Origin: an uncultured Clostridia bacterium
GTDB lineage: Bacteria; Bacillota; Clostridia; Christensenellales; CAG-917
Direction of reading: 5' to 3'
NCBI GenBank assembly: GCA_947625145.1
Contig: CANQNC010000001.1
Coordinates: 74,312 to 138,311 of the forward strand
Length of the DNA: 64,000 nucleotides
Shown here piece by piece: positions 8,241 through 18,323 of this stretch. Below the pieces are notes generated by a model that saw only the letters and a list, made by a program, of their open reading frames with translations, was not told where the DNA came from and did not search any database. Made by a program: the position numbers and the translations under genes. The first letter of the stretch is position 1. Every line of letters starts with the position of its first letter.

Positions 8241-10024
8241 TGCAAGAAAACGAGGATAAAACCCCCATTTACGACGAAAAAACAGTCGATTGTGAAGATA
8301 TCCCGCATGACGCCTCGCAGACGGAACCTCTTGAAGGCGCCTCGCAGACAGAGCTCGCGCAAGACGCCGAGCGGCAAGAGGAGCCTCCGCGCGGCAGGCA
8401 GGGCAGGCGGGAGAGGCGGAAGGCGGAGTCCGAACTTCCGCATATCGACAATCGAAGTTTCCTTGCGCTTCTTCTTAGGAGCTTCCTTTCCTTTACGGTC
8501 ATCACCGTCGCCGTCGTCGCGCTGATTTTTTTCATCGCGATGTGGGCGAGCAACAACGACAAGATCAACATAAACATTCAGTCCATCGCCACGTACGATC
8601 AGGAGCTGAGGAACAACACGACCTCCCCGTCCATCCCCTACGATATCATCTTGGGCGTGGGCGGCTGGATGGACATCGTGGACGAGGACGGAGAAGTGGT
8701 TTACACCACGTTGCGCTCGGACCCGCACACCTACACCGCGGGGGAGCTTGCGTGCATAACCGAATATCAGGCGGGCGCGACCGTCCGCTCCGTGCGATTT
8801 GCCACTCCCGACCGCGGCTACAACTATTTTGTTTCCATAACCTACGAGGGGGACAGAGAGGACGAGTTTTTGCTTCTCGACTCTGATTTGAACATACTTT
8901 ACGGCACAGTCGCGGCGCTTGACGGCAAGGCGTCGCTTACGCAGAGCGAATACGACTTTTTGATCTACAACCAAGCGCACGATGGGGATATTTTGGAAAA
9001 ATACCGCTTCGAGGACGGGGAAGGCAAGGTCTATTATGCGGTCTATCTCGATTGCAACAACGACGAGATCACCCCGCCGTGGCTGTTTATCGTCATAGTG
9101 CTGTTGGGCATTTTCGGCATACTTGTCGCGTCCATCATCATGTACGTGCGCTACATCAACAAGCACGTGCAGAGGCCGCTGAAAGCGCTGTCCTCGGCAA
9201 TGGAGGAGTTTGCAAACGGCGGTTACAGGCAACAGCTGAGCTACGAAGGCTCGATAGAGTTTGAACAGCTTGTGGACAGCTTCAACGAAATGGTCGTGCT
9301 CCTCAACGCATCCGAGGAGCAGAGGAAGGAGATAGAGCAGGACAGACAGCGCATGCTCGCGGGTCTTTCACACGATCTCAAAACGCCAATGACGGTCATT
9401 CTGGGCTTTTCAAAGGCGATAAAGGACGGCATGGTCAGCGAGGAGGACAAGGCGAAATATCTGTCCCTCATCATGTCCAAGGCGGAGCATATGAGCGAGC
9501 TTGTCAACGAGCTGTACGAGTACAGCGAGCTCGAGCACCCCGACTTCGCGCTCGCATGCGAGGAGACGGACATCGCCGAGTTTGTCCGCTCGTTCTACGC
9601 GGAAAGATACGACGAATTCGAGCTGAGAGGCTATGGCTTGGAGCCCAACTTGTCCGAGGACAGGCTGCAGTGCATGTTGGACAAGGCGCAATTCACGCGC
9701 GTGCTTGAAAACCTCACGGGCAACTTCTTCAAATACACTCCCGCGGGCAGCACGCTGTACGTCGGCGCGCAGGCGGAGGGGGACTTTGCCCTCGTCACGA
9801 TTGCGGACGACGGCGGCGGGATAGAACCGGACGCGCGCAAGGATATCTTCGTGCCTTTTGTGGTGGGCGAGCAATCCCGCCTCAATCAAGGGTCGGGGCT
9901 GGGGCTTGCGGTGTGCAAAAAGGTCGTGGAAGCGCACGGCGGAAGCATTGCGCTTGCAGATCCGCCTCCCGAGGGGCGCTCCACCGCTTTCGAGATCAGG
10001 ATCCCGCTTGCAAACAGACCTTGA
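8240..10024 (+). CDS. Sensor histidine kinase (2 TM, extracytoplasmic domain, HAMP, HisKA, HATPase_c)
   Basis: H-box LAGLSHDLKTPMT, N-box and G-boxes (DDGGGIE, GSGLGLAVCKKVVEAHGG). The ATG at 8240 overlaps the regulator's TGA by 1 nt; the track start at 8237 is a TTG. Confidence 0.9.
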   Translation: MQENEDKTPIYDEKTVDCEDIPHDASQTEPLEGASQTELAQDAERQEEPPRGRQGRRERRKAESELPHIDNRSFLALLLRSFLSFTVITVAVVALIFFIAMWASNNDKININIQSIATYDQELRNNTTSPSIPYDIILGVGGWMDIVDEDGEVVYTTLRSDPHTYTAGELACITEYQAGATVRSVRFATPDRGYNYFVSITYEGDREDEFLLLDSDLNILYGTVAALDGKASLTQSEYDFLIYNQAHDGDILEKYRFEDGEGKVYYAVYLDCNNDEITPPWLFIVIVLLGIFGILVASIIMYVRYINKHVQRPLKALSSAMEEFANGGYRQQLSYEGSIEFEQLVDSFNEMVVLLNASEEQRKEIEQDRQRMLAGLSHDLKTPMTVILGFSKAIKDGMVSEEDKAKYLSLIMSKAEHMSELVNELYEYSELEHPDFALACEETDIAEFVRSFYAERYDEFELRGYGLEPNLSEDRLQCMLDKAQFTRVLENLTGNFFKYTPAGSTLYVGAQAEGDFALVTIADDGGGIEPDARKDIFVPFVVGEQSRLNQGSGLGLAVCKKVVEAHGGSIALADPPPEGRSTAFEIRIPLANRP

Positions 10025-10200
10025 GTTTTCACAAAAGTCGTCCACGGACGGCTTTTGTTTTTGCAAAGACGCGCGAGTTTACGGCGGGCGGGATAAGGGC
10101 AAAATCCGCGCTTCGGCATATCATATATTGCGCGCTGTGCATAAAGACGGATATGTGAATAAAAAATATAAATTATTTTTTATAAAGTGCGCCAAAGCGG

Positions 10201-10229
10201 TTGTCGCTCGTGGTGAAAAATGTTATAAT
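10201..10229 (+). promoter_or_regulatory. Sigma-A-type promoter of the decarboxylase operon
   Basis: TTGTCG, 17-bp spacer, TATAAT, about 29 nt upstream of the ATG at 10258. Confidence 0.6.
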
Positions 10230-10257
10230 GTCAAGGAAAATTTTTTGGAGGACAAAA

Positions 10258-11667
10258 ATGAGTAAAGCTGTTAAAGATGTGGCAAAAAGAGTTTTGTTCA
10301 CAGAGACGGTTTTGAGGGACGCCAATCAGTCTTTGATCGCTACTCGTCTGCCTTACGCCGCATTCAAGGATATCCTGCCTGTCATGGACAAGGCGGGATA
10401 TTATTCGGTTGAGTGCTGGGGCGGCGCGGTCTTTGACGTCTGCCTGAGATATCTCGACGAGGATCCGTGGCAGAGGCTGCGCGATCTCAGGAAAAACCTT
10501 CCAAACACAAAACTGCAAATGCTCCTTAGGGGACAAAACCTGCTCGGCTACAAACATTATCCCGACGAGATCGTCAGAATGTTTGTGGAAAAATCCGTGG
10601 AAAACGGCATTGATATCATTCGCATATTCGACGCGCTCAACGATTTGCGCAACATAGAGGTCGCCACAAAGACGGCGATCCGTTGCGGCGCGACGGTCTC
10701 GGGCACGCTCAGCTACACTCAAAGCCCCGTGCACACTCTCGAAGCGTTTGCAAAACAGGCCAAAGAGATGGAGGATATGGGCGTTTCCACCATCTGCGTC
10801 AAGGATATGGCAGGCGTCATGACCCCCGAAGAAGCGTACGAGCTGATCGGCGCGATAAAGGCGGAGGTCAAGATCCCCGTCGTCCTGCACACGCACTGCA
10901 CAACGGGCATGGCTTACATGACCTATATGAAGGCGATCGAGGCGGGCGTGGACGTCATTGACACCGCGACGTCCTGCTTCTCGGGCGGCACTTCGCAACC
11001 CGCGACCGAAACTTTGAACTATGCGCTCAAACAAATGGGCTTCGAGACGGGGCTGGACGACGCCGTGCTCAAACAGGTCAACGACTTCTTCAAGCCCTTG
11101 CGCGACAGATATATCAAAGAGGGCTTGCTCAACCCCAAGATGATGGCGACGGACACGGACGCGCTCACCTACAAGGTGCCGGGCGGCATGCTGTCCAACC
11201 TCGTGTCCCAACTCAAAGCGCAAAACGCGATGGATCGCTTCGAGGACGTGCTTGTGGAAACGCCCAAAGTGCGCGCGGACCTCGGCTATCCGCCTCTTGT
11301 CACTCCCATGAGTCAGATGGTGGGCGTGCAGGCTACAAACAACGTGCTTGCTGGGGAGAGATACAAAAACGTGTCCAAAGAGGTCAAGGCGTATTGCCGC
11401 GGGGAATACGGCACCGCGCCCGCGCCCATCGATCCCGAAGTGCTTCAAAAAGTGCTCGGCGACGAAAAGCCCATCGAGGGCAGATACGCGGACACGCTCG
11501 AGCCCGTGTTTGAAAAGACAAAAGAGGAGCTTAAGGGCGTCGCGAGAAGCGACGAGGACGTCTTGAGCTACGTGCTCTTCCCGCAAGTTGCGGAAAAGTA
11601 TTTCGCGGCGCGCAAGGCGAAGGAAGAAAAAATCGTCAAATACACGATCGCGCCTGTGGAGGAGTAA
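10258..11667 (+). CDS. oadA: Oxaloacetate decarboxylase alpha subunit-type carboxyltransferase (HMGL-like + PYC_OADA), lacking a biotinyl domain
   Basis: LRDANQSL, HTHCTTGMA, 469 aa ending without an AMKM motif. Followed by genes for gamma-like, biotin carrier and beta subunits. Confidence 0.85.
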   Translation: MSKAVKDVAKRVLFTETVLRDANQSLIATRLPYAAFKDILPVMDKAGYYSVECWGGAVFDVCLRYLDEDPWQRLRDLRKNLPNTKLQMLLRGQNLLGYKHYPDEIVRMFVEKSVENGIDIIRIFDALNDLRNIEVATKTAIRCGATVSGTLSYTQSPVHTLEAFAKQAKEMEDMGVSTICVKDMAGVMTPEEAYELIGAIKAEVKIPVVLHTHCTTGMAYMTYMKAIEAGVDVIDTATSCFSGGTSQPATETLNYALKQMGFETGLDDAVLKQVNDFFKPLRDRYIKEGLLNPKMMATDTDALTYKVPGGMLSNLVSQLKAQNAMDRFEDVLVETPKVRADLGYPPLVTPMSQMVGVQATNNVLAGERYKNVSKEVKAYCRGEYGTAPAPIDPEVLQKVLGDEKPIEGRYADTLEPVFEKTKEELKGVARSDEDVLSYVLFPQVAEKYFAARKAKEEKIVKYTIAPVEE

Positions 11668-11670
11668 ACT

Positions 11671-12099
11671 ATGGCCGCAAATCTGATTTGCTCGATCTTG
11701 AACAAGGAAGACAACCTCAAGGTGGTGGACGCGCTGTTGCTTGCGCTGATCGGCATCGTCATCGTGTTTGTCGTGCTGATCGCGCTGATGCTGATCGTGT
11801 CCCTCGTGGGCAAGATCTTCGACGGAAGCGAAAAACTGAAAAGCAAGCATCCCGAGTGGGGGGAGAAGATATCCTCTTTCAAATCCAAGTTGATGTTTTG
11901 GAAGAAGAAAGCCCCCGAGGAGGAAGCTCGACCCACGGAAGAGGAGGAGCGCGAGCTTGCAACGGGCACTTGCGGCGAACTTACGCTTGTCAATTGCGAC
12001 GAGCGCGACGCGGCAATGATCATGGCGATCGTCGCGGACAGCTTGGATACGCCTCTCAACGAGTTGCGTTTCAAGTCCATAAAGAGAGTGGAGAAATAA
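11671..12099 (+). CDS. OadG-like small membrane subunit of a Na+-translocating decarboxylase
   Basis: One N-terminal TM helix (ALLLALIGIVIVFVVLIALMLIV), a charged linker and a C-terminal ...DERDAAMIMAIVADSL segment typical of OadG-family proteins. Operon position fits. Confidence 0.6.
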   Translation: MAANLICSILNKEDNLKVVDALLLALIGIVIVFVVLIALMLIVSLVGKIFDGSEKLKSKHPEWGEKISSFKSKLMFWKKKAPEEEARPTEEEERELATGTCGELTLVNCDERDAAMIMAIVADSLDTPLNELRFKSIKRVEK

Positions 12100-12103
12100 G
12101 GAT

Positions 12104-12496
12104 ATGTTGTACAGAGTCAGTCTAAACGGAAAAATATATGAAGTCGAAGTCGAAAAGGGCGAGGCGGTCATAAAAGCGGAATTTGACGCCGCTCAGCCCG
12201 AGGCAAACGTCGCCGCGCCTCAAGCGGCTCCCGCACCCGCCGCGCCCACCGCGGCTCAAACGGCACCCGCGCAAGCGGGGAGCGCCTCCGCGATCAACGC
12301 GCCCATGCCCGGCAACATCAACGCGGTCAAGGTCGCAAGCGGACAGGCGGTCAAAAAGGGCGACGTGCTGATCGTTTTGGAAGCCATGAAGATGGAAAAC
12401 GAGATCGTCGCTCCCAAAGACGGCAAAGTCGGACAAATCTTTGTTCAAAAAGGCGCGACCGTTGAGACGGGCGCTCCGCTGATCGAAGTCATCTGA
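12104..12496 (+). CDS. Biotin carboxyl carrier protein (free-standing biotinyl domain)
   Basis: An Ala/Pro linker is followed by the biotinylation motif LEAMKMENEI. Confidence 0.9.
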   Translation: MLYRVSLNGKIYEVEVEKGEAVIKAEFDAAQPEANVAAPQAAPAPAAPTAAQTAPAQAGSASAINAPMPGNINAVKVASGQAVKKGDVLIVLEAMKMENEIVAPKDGKVGQIFVQKGATVETGAPLIEVI

Positions 12497-12504
12497 GGTG
12501 GCAT

Positions 12505-13686
12505 ATGAACATCGGCGAAATTCTCAAAAATCTTTGGAACGGCAGCGGATTTCATCTCTTCGGCGGCGACAGCGGTTGGCAGTCGATAGTGATGATAATC
12601 GTCGCGCTGTTCTTCCTGTGGTTGGGCATCAAAAAGAAGTTTGAGCCTTTGTTGCTTGTGGGCATAGCGTTCGGCATGTTGCTGACAAACCTGCCGGGCA
12701 GCGGAATGTTCCACAGCGAGTGGTGGACGGTTGAGAACATAGATTATGTGGATATCTTGCGCCACGGCGGACTTTTGGACATACTGTACATAGGCGTCAA
12801 GACGGGCGTGTATCCCTGCCTCATCTTTATGGGCGTGGGCGCAATGACGGACTTCGGGCCCATGCTTTCCCGTCCAAGTTCGTTGATACTCGGCGCGGCG
12901 GCGCAGGGCGGAATATACCTCGTGCTCATTCTCGCGGCGGCGACGGGCATGTTTACGGGCGGCGAGGCGGCGTCCATATCCATCATCGCGGGCGCGGACG
13001 GTCCCACGGCGATCTTCCTGACAAAGACGCTGGCACCGCAATTGCTTGCGCCAATTGCGGTCGCGGCGTACAGCTATATGGCGCTCATTCCGCTGTTACA
13101 GCCCCCGTTCATGAAGCTGTTGACCACAAAGAAAGAGCGCATGGCGGTCATGACCACTTCGAGGAAGGTCAGCAAAAAAGAGAAGATCATCTTCCCCATA
13201 CTTGTCACCATCATCGTATCCTTGCTTCTGCCATCCGTGGCGCCCTTGCTCGGCAGTCTTATGTTCGGCAACCTGCTCAAGGAGTGTGGCGTGACCGAGA
13301 GGTTGTCCGACACGGCGCAGAACGCGCTGATGAACATAGTCACGCTCTTCCTCGGCATATCCGTGGGCGCGACGGCGGTGGGATCCGTTTTTCTCACCAC
13401 AAAGACGTTGCTCATCATCGTGCTGGGGCTTGCGGGCTTTGTGCTTGCGACGATATGCGGACTGCTCATCGGCAAACTGTTGTACGTCATCTCGAAGGGC
13501 AAGATCAATCCTCTCATCGGTTCGGCGGGCGTATCCGCGGTGCCTATGGCGGCGCGCGTAAGCAACACTGTAGGACTTCAATACAACAAGGGCAACTATC
13601 TGCTTATGCACGCGATGGGTCCCAATGTGGCGGGAGTCATAGGTTCCGCCGTGGCGGCGGGCTTCCTGCTCGCAGTGTTCGCCTGA
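12505..13686 (+). CDS. oadB: Na+-translocating decarboxylase beta subunit (OadB/GcdB/MmdB family)
   Basis: 393-aa polytopic membrane protein (about 9-10 hydrophobic helices) with OAD_beta-like segments (GADGPTAIF, GSAGVSAVPMAARV). Last gene of the operon. Confidence 0.85.
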   Translation: MNIGEILKNLWNGSGFHLFGGDSGWQSIVMIIVALFFLWLGIKKKFEPLLLVGIAFGMLLTNLPGSGMFHSEWWTVENIDYVDILRHGGLLDILYIGVKTGVYPCLIFMGVGAMTDFGPMLSRPSSLILGAAAQGGIYLVLILAAATGMFTGGEAASISIIAGADGPTAIFLTKTLAPQLLAPIAVAAYSYMALIPLLQPPFMKLLTTKKERMAVMTTSRKVSKKEKIIFPILVTIIVSLLLPSVAPLLGSLMFGNLLKECGVTERLSDTAQNALMNIVTLFLGISVGATAVGSVFLTTKTLLIIVLGLAGFVLATICGLLIGKLLYVISKGKINPLIGSAGVSAVPMAARVSNTVGLQYNKGNYLLMHAMGPNVAGVIGSAVAAGFLLAVFA

Positions 13687-13762
13687 TCCGCACTCTTAGG
13701 GGTGTTTGCCCTGTCCCGCTTGGGGCGGGGCGGCGCGAAGGCGCGATATAGGAGCAGCGTTT

Positions 13763-14725
13763 ATGCTGAACGACCGAAAAAACTCATTCTTCGGCAGCGC
13801 CATATTGATGGTTTGCGCCCTCATTTGGGGGTTTGCTTTCGTCCCGCAGATGAAGGCGACAAACACCATCAATTTTGTTGCGTTCAACTGCCTTAGATTT
13901 GTGCAGGCGGCAATGGTTTTGGTCGTTTTCCTTTTTGTGTACGAGCTTGTCGCAAGAAAGTGGAAGATCCCCGTCACGCGGTGGAACATGAGCGCCGTGC
14001 TCGGAGGCGTGCTTGGAGGGATATGCCTTTTCATCGCAACAGACCTTCAACAATACGGCATTGCGTACACCACTGTCGGCAAGGCGAGCTTCATCACGGC
14101 AATGTACATTGTGTTCGTGCCCCTGCTCGGATTGCTTGTGGGCAGGCGCCCGCACATGATTTGTTGGTACGCGATCTTGATCGCCTTTTCCGGCTTCTTC
14201 TTGCTGTGCGTGGACGACGACCTTTCAATCGGCATAGGGGACGCGTACATTTTGCTCTGCGCGGTGCTCCTCTCCTTGCAGATCGCGTTTGTGGACCTCT
14301 TCTGTCAGGACGCGGATCCCATCAAACTGACCCTCATCCAATTCCTCACATGCGCGGTGTTGGGCGTGCCCGCAATGGCGGTCGTGGGCTTCCCGTCCCC
14401 TGCGGAGATCTCGGAAAGCGCGCTGTCGTTGCTGTATCTCGGCGTCATGTCCGCGGGCGTGGGTTTCACCTTGCAGACCATAGGGCAAAAGCACACCGAC
14501 CCTTCCGTCGCGACCCTTATCATGAGTTTGGAAGCCATAGTCGGCATAATCTGCGGCACCATCTTCCTGCATGAGCAACCCTCTTTCAAGGAGCTTGGCG
14601 GCTGTCTGCTTGTGTTCATAGGCGTGTTCCTCGCTCAGATGACCTTCCCCAAGACGATGCTGGTTTTCCGCAAAGAGGATTTTGCGATCACGCAGTCCTC
14701 GCCGTACAGGTTTTTGAGGAAATAG
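13763..14725 (+). CDS. EamA/DMT-superfamily transporter
   Basis: About 10 TM helices in two EamA-like halves (ALIWGFAFV..., LGVMSAGVGFTLQTIGQK). AGGAG lies upstream of the ATG at 13763. Confidence 0.75.
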   Translation: MLNDRKNSFFGSAILMVCALIWGFAFVPQMKATNTINFVAFNCLRFVQAAMVLVVFLFVYELVARKWKIPVTRWNMSAVLGGVLGGICLFIATDLQQYGIAYTTVGKASFITAMYIVFVPLLGLLVGRRPHMICWYAILIAFSGFFLLCVDDDLSIGIGDAYILLCAVLLSLQIAFVDLFCQDADPIKLTLIQFLTCAVLGVPAMAVVGFPSPAEISESALSLLYLGVMSAGVGFTLQTIGQKHTDPSVATLIMSLEAIVGIICGTIFLHEQPSFKELGGCLLVFIGVFLAQMTFPKTMLVFRKEDFAITQSSPYRFLRK

Positions 14726-14754
14726 GCCTTTCGTTTGGATATTGATTTTTCCGT

Positions 14755-14780
14755 ACGTCGCGCAAGCGGCGTTTTTTTTA
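14755..14780 (+). terminator. Rho-independent terminator after the EamA gene
   Basis: ACGTCGC-GCAA-GCGGCGT followed by T8. Confidence 0.7.
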
Positions 14781-14940
14781 TCCTTAATATCGCGCGAACG
14801 TATGCGCGCGACAGAAGTTTGCGGGAAGTTATGCGTCGTCTTTTTATCGCGCGAGGGCATACGCGATCTGTCTGCCTTGGAAAGAGCGCACAGAGAGCAC
14901 ATGAAAAGAGCAAAAAAGAGCTTACATGAAACGAGCGTAC

Positions 14941-14973
14941 AAAAAAAGCGGCTCGACAAAGTTGCCGAGCCGC
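14941..14973 (-). terminator. Rho-independent terminator after the 14988-16118 gene (minus strand)
   Basis: GCGGCTCG...CGAGCCGC stem. On the minus strand it is followed by TTTTTTT. Confidence 0.75.
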
Positions 14974-14987
14974 CGTCTTGATTTATT

Positions 14988-16118
14988 TTACCACTTGTTT
15001 TCCACGTACTCGCAGAACGCGTACATGTCCTTGATCTGCAAGACCTTGCCGTCGTCAAGCGTCACGGTGCCGTTCCACAGCCCGTGCACCTGATGGGAGT
15101 GCATACGCACTATGTTGAGGACGTTGGTGTCGGTGTGATGCACGTACGTCGGGGTCATGGTCAGATCCAGCCTGCCGTCGTCCGAGATGAAGTGCCACGG
15201 CTGATCCCACTTGTCGGGCTTGGGGAACACCTCGACGTCCACCGAGCCTATCTTGTGCGCCTTGCCGTCAAAGAAGAGGCAGGTTTCGGTGGCGTTGCTT
15301 TCGTCGCCGATCCCCCACGTGATCTCGAAGCCGAAGATATGCTCCTTGCCTTCCTCGTCCAAAATGCGCGTTGCGCCGTTGCCCCAATACCAGACGTTTT
15401 TGTACGGCCAAACGCCTCTTCCCCAATCCAGCACGCAGAAGGAGTCTTTTTTGTCGAAGCGCACTTCAAGATCTCCGCACTTGAAATAGCCTTCGCAGGG
15501 CATGCAGTTTTGCTTCATGGTCATGAAGAAGCGGGTGGGCAGATACTCCCCTTTCTTTTTGAAAGGTGTGACAATGGTTATGTTCTCGTGGTTTTCAAAC
15601 AAATCCATGTCGAATTTTGCCTCCACGGTCTCTCCCTTGTATGGGCCCGTGAACTCCACGGTGCGGGAAGTCTCGCGAGTCTCCGCGCGGAAATGATATT
15701 TGCCCTTTTGATATTCGGAAACGTTGGGGTGCCCTTGATCGCAATTTTCCGCCATGACGACTTTGTTTTTGCCGCCCAGCCACAGCGCCATGCTTGTGAT
15801 GACCTTCTTTTTGTGCTCCGCGTCCTGCAAATCCACAAGCACCGCGGAGGCGTAGCCGCCGATTGATATGTTTGCCATGGAGATCTGAACCATATATCTG
15901 CCGTTTGACATCTGATAGAAGTCCCACTCCTTGCCTCTCATCTGCGGGCGCGCCTTTGTGCGGTCGTATTCAAACACGTTGTGTCTTGCCCAGCCGCCTT
16001 GTACAAGCACCTTGCCGTCGTCGTCCAGAAGGCGGGTCGGCTTGTCATATTCGATCTGTTTGCGCTTTTCGTCAAGATCCAAAAAGCTCACGTAAGTCTT
16101 TTTTGTTTGCTTTGCCAT
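14988..16118 (-). CDS. Conserved hypothetical protein, possibly DUF2804 family
   Basis: 376-aa soluble protein with a good RBS (GGAGGAAAATATG) and Trp/Tyr-rich beta-type sequence (EWDFYQ, VLDWGRGVWPYKNVWYWG). The family assignment is from memory only. Confidence 0.6.
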   Translation of the reverse strand: MAKQTKKTYVSFLDLDEKRKQIEYDKPTRLLDDDGKVLVQGGWARHNVFEYDRTKARPQMRGKEWDFYQMSNGRYMVQISMANISIGGYASAVLVDLQDAEHKKKVITSMALWLGGKNKVVMAENCDQGHPNVSEYQKGKYHFRAETRETSRTVEFTGPYKGETVEAKFDMDLFENHENITIVTPFKKKGEYLPTRFFMTMKQNCMPCEGYFKCGDLEVRFDKKDSFCVLDWGRGVWPYKNVWYWGNGATRILDEEGKEHIFGFEITWGIGDESNATETCLFFDGKAHKIGSVDVEVFPKPDKWDQPWHFISDDGRLDLTMTPTYVHHTDTNVLNIVRMHSHQVHGLWNGTVTLDDGKVLQIKDMYAFCEYVENKW

Positions 16119-16270
16119 ATTTTCCTCCGAAATTTTCGTCTCAATAAATTTTATAATAACTTTTTGAAAAATTCAATACGGCGCGCGAATTATTTTAAGG
16201 AAAGTTTACAAAAAAAGCCGCGCGCGCATATCGGCCCGCAAAAAGGTACGTAAATTTGCGGATTTTGAAA

Positions 16271-16330
16271 GATTTTTTGCAAAAACTGCATTTTTTGCAA
16301 AATTGTTTTTTGCAAATTGTGCAAAAGTGT
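16271..16330. promoter_or_regulatory. Array of four TTTTGCAAA(A) palindromic boxes upstream of glgB
   Basis: TTTTTTGCAAAA at 16273 and 16291, TTTTTTGCAAA at 16306 and TGTGCAAAAG at 16318. They lie 40-100 bp upstream of an extended -10. Confidence 0.45.
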
Positions 16331-16368
16331 AAAAAATTCAAATTGCTATATACAAATCGCCGCAGGTT

Positions 16369-16377
16369 TGTTATAAT
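16369..16377 (+). promoter_or_regulatory. Extended -10 promoter element (TGTTATAAT) for glgBCD
   Basis: TGnTATAAT about 54 nt upstream of the glgB ATG. No good -35 element. Confidence 0.5.
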
Positions 16378-16430
16378 GTTCTAAAGTATAGTTATGCGAC
16401 GGAAAGGTTCCGTTTGCGGTTTGGAGATTT

Positions 16431-18323
16431 ATGAAAAGAGTTAAGGACAGCTACGCAAGCTATTTGTTTCATGAAGGGACAAATTATCAGGCGTACAAAA
16501 TGTTCTCCCCGTTCAAGGGCGTGGAGGACGGCGAGGACGGATGGTACTTTACGGTCTGGGCGCCCGCGGCAAGCAGAGTCGCCGTGGTGGGCGAGTTCAA
16601 CGGCTGGGATCCGTCCGCAAATCCCATGGACAAGACGGATGACGGCATTTGGATGACCTTCATCCCCGGCGTGAAGCAATACGACAGCTACAAATACGCG
16701 GTGACGGACGCGGACGGCAACACAGTCCTGAAGTGCGACCCCTACGGGCTCCATTTCGAAACCGCGCCCGCAAACGCCTCAAAGCTCTACGACATTTACG
16801 GCTATCGCTGGAAGGACAGGAAGTGGATGTCCGAAAGGGAAAATTTCAACCCCTACGGCAGTCCGATCAACATTTACGAGATGCATCTGGGCAGTTGGCG
16901 CAGATACGCGGACGGCAACGTGTTCAACTACAAGGACCTTGCAAACGACCTCATCCCCTACGTCAAAAAGATGGGGTATACGCACATCGAGCTTATGCCG
17001 CTCACCGAATATCCTTTCGAGGGCAGTTGGGGCTATCAGGTGACGGGCATGTTTGCGCCCACCTCGCGCTACGGCACGCCCAAGGACTTGATGGAGTTTA
17101 TCGACCGCTGTCACAGGGCGGGGATAGGCGTGATCTTGGATTGGGTCTTGGCGCACTTCCCCCGCGACGAGCAAGGGCTGAGAAGGTTTGACGGCACTCC
17201 CCTCTACGAGTACGCGGATCCGCGCAAGGGGGAGCACAAGGAGTGGGGCACAATGGTGTACGACTTCGGCAAAAACGAGGTCAAGTCCTTCCTCATCTCG
17301 GCGGCGATGTTCTGGTTTGACATGTATCATATAGACGGCATCCGTTGCGACGCCGTGGCAAGCATGCTCTATCTCGACTACGGCCGCAAGGAGGGGGAGT
17401 GGGTCCCCAATCAATACGGCGGAAATTACAACCTCGAGGCGAAGGACTTCTTGAAGCAGATGAACACCGCCATCCTCGGCAAATATCACGGCGCAATGAC
17501 CATCGCGGAGGAGTCCACCGCGTATCCCATGATCACAAAGCCCGCCTACGACGGAGGCCTCGGCTTCAATTTCAAGTGGAACATGGGTTGGATGAACGAC
17601 AGCTTGCATTATCTCTCCCTCGACCCCTTCTTCCGCAAGGACAACCACAACAACCTCACCTTTGCGATAACTTACGCGTACAGCGAAAACTACATTTTGC
17701 CAATATCTCACGACGAGGTGGTCCACGGCAAGTGCAGCATGATCAACAAGGTCCCGGGCGATTACGATCAAAAGTTCGAGGGGCTCAAAGCGTTTTACGG
17801 ATTTATGATGGGGCACCCCGGGAAAAAACTCAACTTCATGGGCAACGAGTTTGCGCAGTTCATCGAGTGGAACTATGCGCAACAGTTGGATTGGTTCCTT
17901 TTGGACTATCCCCGTCACCGCACCTTCCAGAAGTTTATGAAGGACCTCAACGCGTTTTATCTTGAAAACAAGGCGCTTTGGCAGCTTGATTCCAGCTACG
18001 AGGGCTTCAAGTGGATCGTCGTGGACGACAACACGCAAAACGTGGTGTCCTTCATCCGCAGGGCGGCGGACGGCGAGTACGTGATCTGCGTGGTCAACTT
18101 CTCGCCCGTGGAGAGGCTGAAATACGTCATGGGCGTCCCCGAGGACGTCACCTACAAGGCGGAGCTGTTCTCCTCCCTCAAAAAGTACGGCGGAGAGGAG
18201 GAGAGGCGGCCGTCCTTCCGCGCTTCCGCAAAGCCCTCGCACGGGCAGCCGTATTCTATAAAGGTAAACATTCCCAAAAACTCGGTAATGTTTTTGAAAC
18301 CCGAATATAAGGAGGATATCTGA
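16431..18323 (+). CDS. glgB: 1,4-alpha-glucan branching enzyme GlgB
   Basis: GH13 motifs ([39 protein letters not shown]) and 630 aa. Confidence 0.95.
   Translation: MKRVKDSYASYLFHEGTNYQAYKMFSPFKGVEDGEDGWYFTVWAPAASRVAVVGEFNGWDPSANPMDKTDDGIWMTFIPGVKQYDSYKYAVTDADGNTVLKCDPYGLHFETAPANASKLYDIYGYRWKDRKWMSERENFNPYGSPINIYEMHLGSWRRYADGNVFNYKDLANDLIPYVKKMGYTHIELMPLTEYPFEGSWGYQVTGMFAPTSRYGTPKDLMEFIDRCHRAGIGVILDWVLAHFPRDEQGLRRFDGTPLYEYADPRKGEHKEWGTMVYDFGKNEVKSFLISAAMFWFDMYHIDGIRCDAVASMLYLDYGRKEGEWVPNQYGGNYNLEAKDFLKQMNTAILGKYHGAMTIAEESTAYPMITKPAYDGGLGFNFKWNMGWMNDSLHYLSLDPFFRKDNHNNLTFAITYAYSENYILPISHDEVVHGKCSMINKVPGDYDQKFEGLKAFYGFMMGHPGKKLNFMGNEFAQFIEWNYAQQLDWFLLDYPRHRTFQKFMKDLNAFYLENKALWQLDSSYEGFKWIVVDDNTQNVVSFIRRAADGEYVICVVNFSPVERLKYVMGVPEDVTYKAELFSSLKKYGGEEERRPSFRASAKPSHGQPYSIKVNIPKNSVMFLKPEYKEDI

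Noticed and set aside
10231-12171. 646-aa ORF on the minus strand across the decarboxylase operon. Similar long antisense ORFs lie at 5697-7151, 16779-18242, 25152-26810, 31297-32640, 34828-36117, 36246-37556, 41523-43166, 47819-49096, 54943-56703 and 58912-60633.
   Set aside because: All lie antisense to genes with unambiguous conserved motifs. Their translations are Arg/His/Gly/Val-rich low-information sequences typical of stop-poor antisense frames in GC-rich coding DNA, and none has an RBS or recognisable motif.
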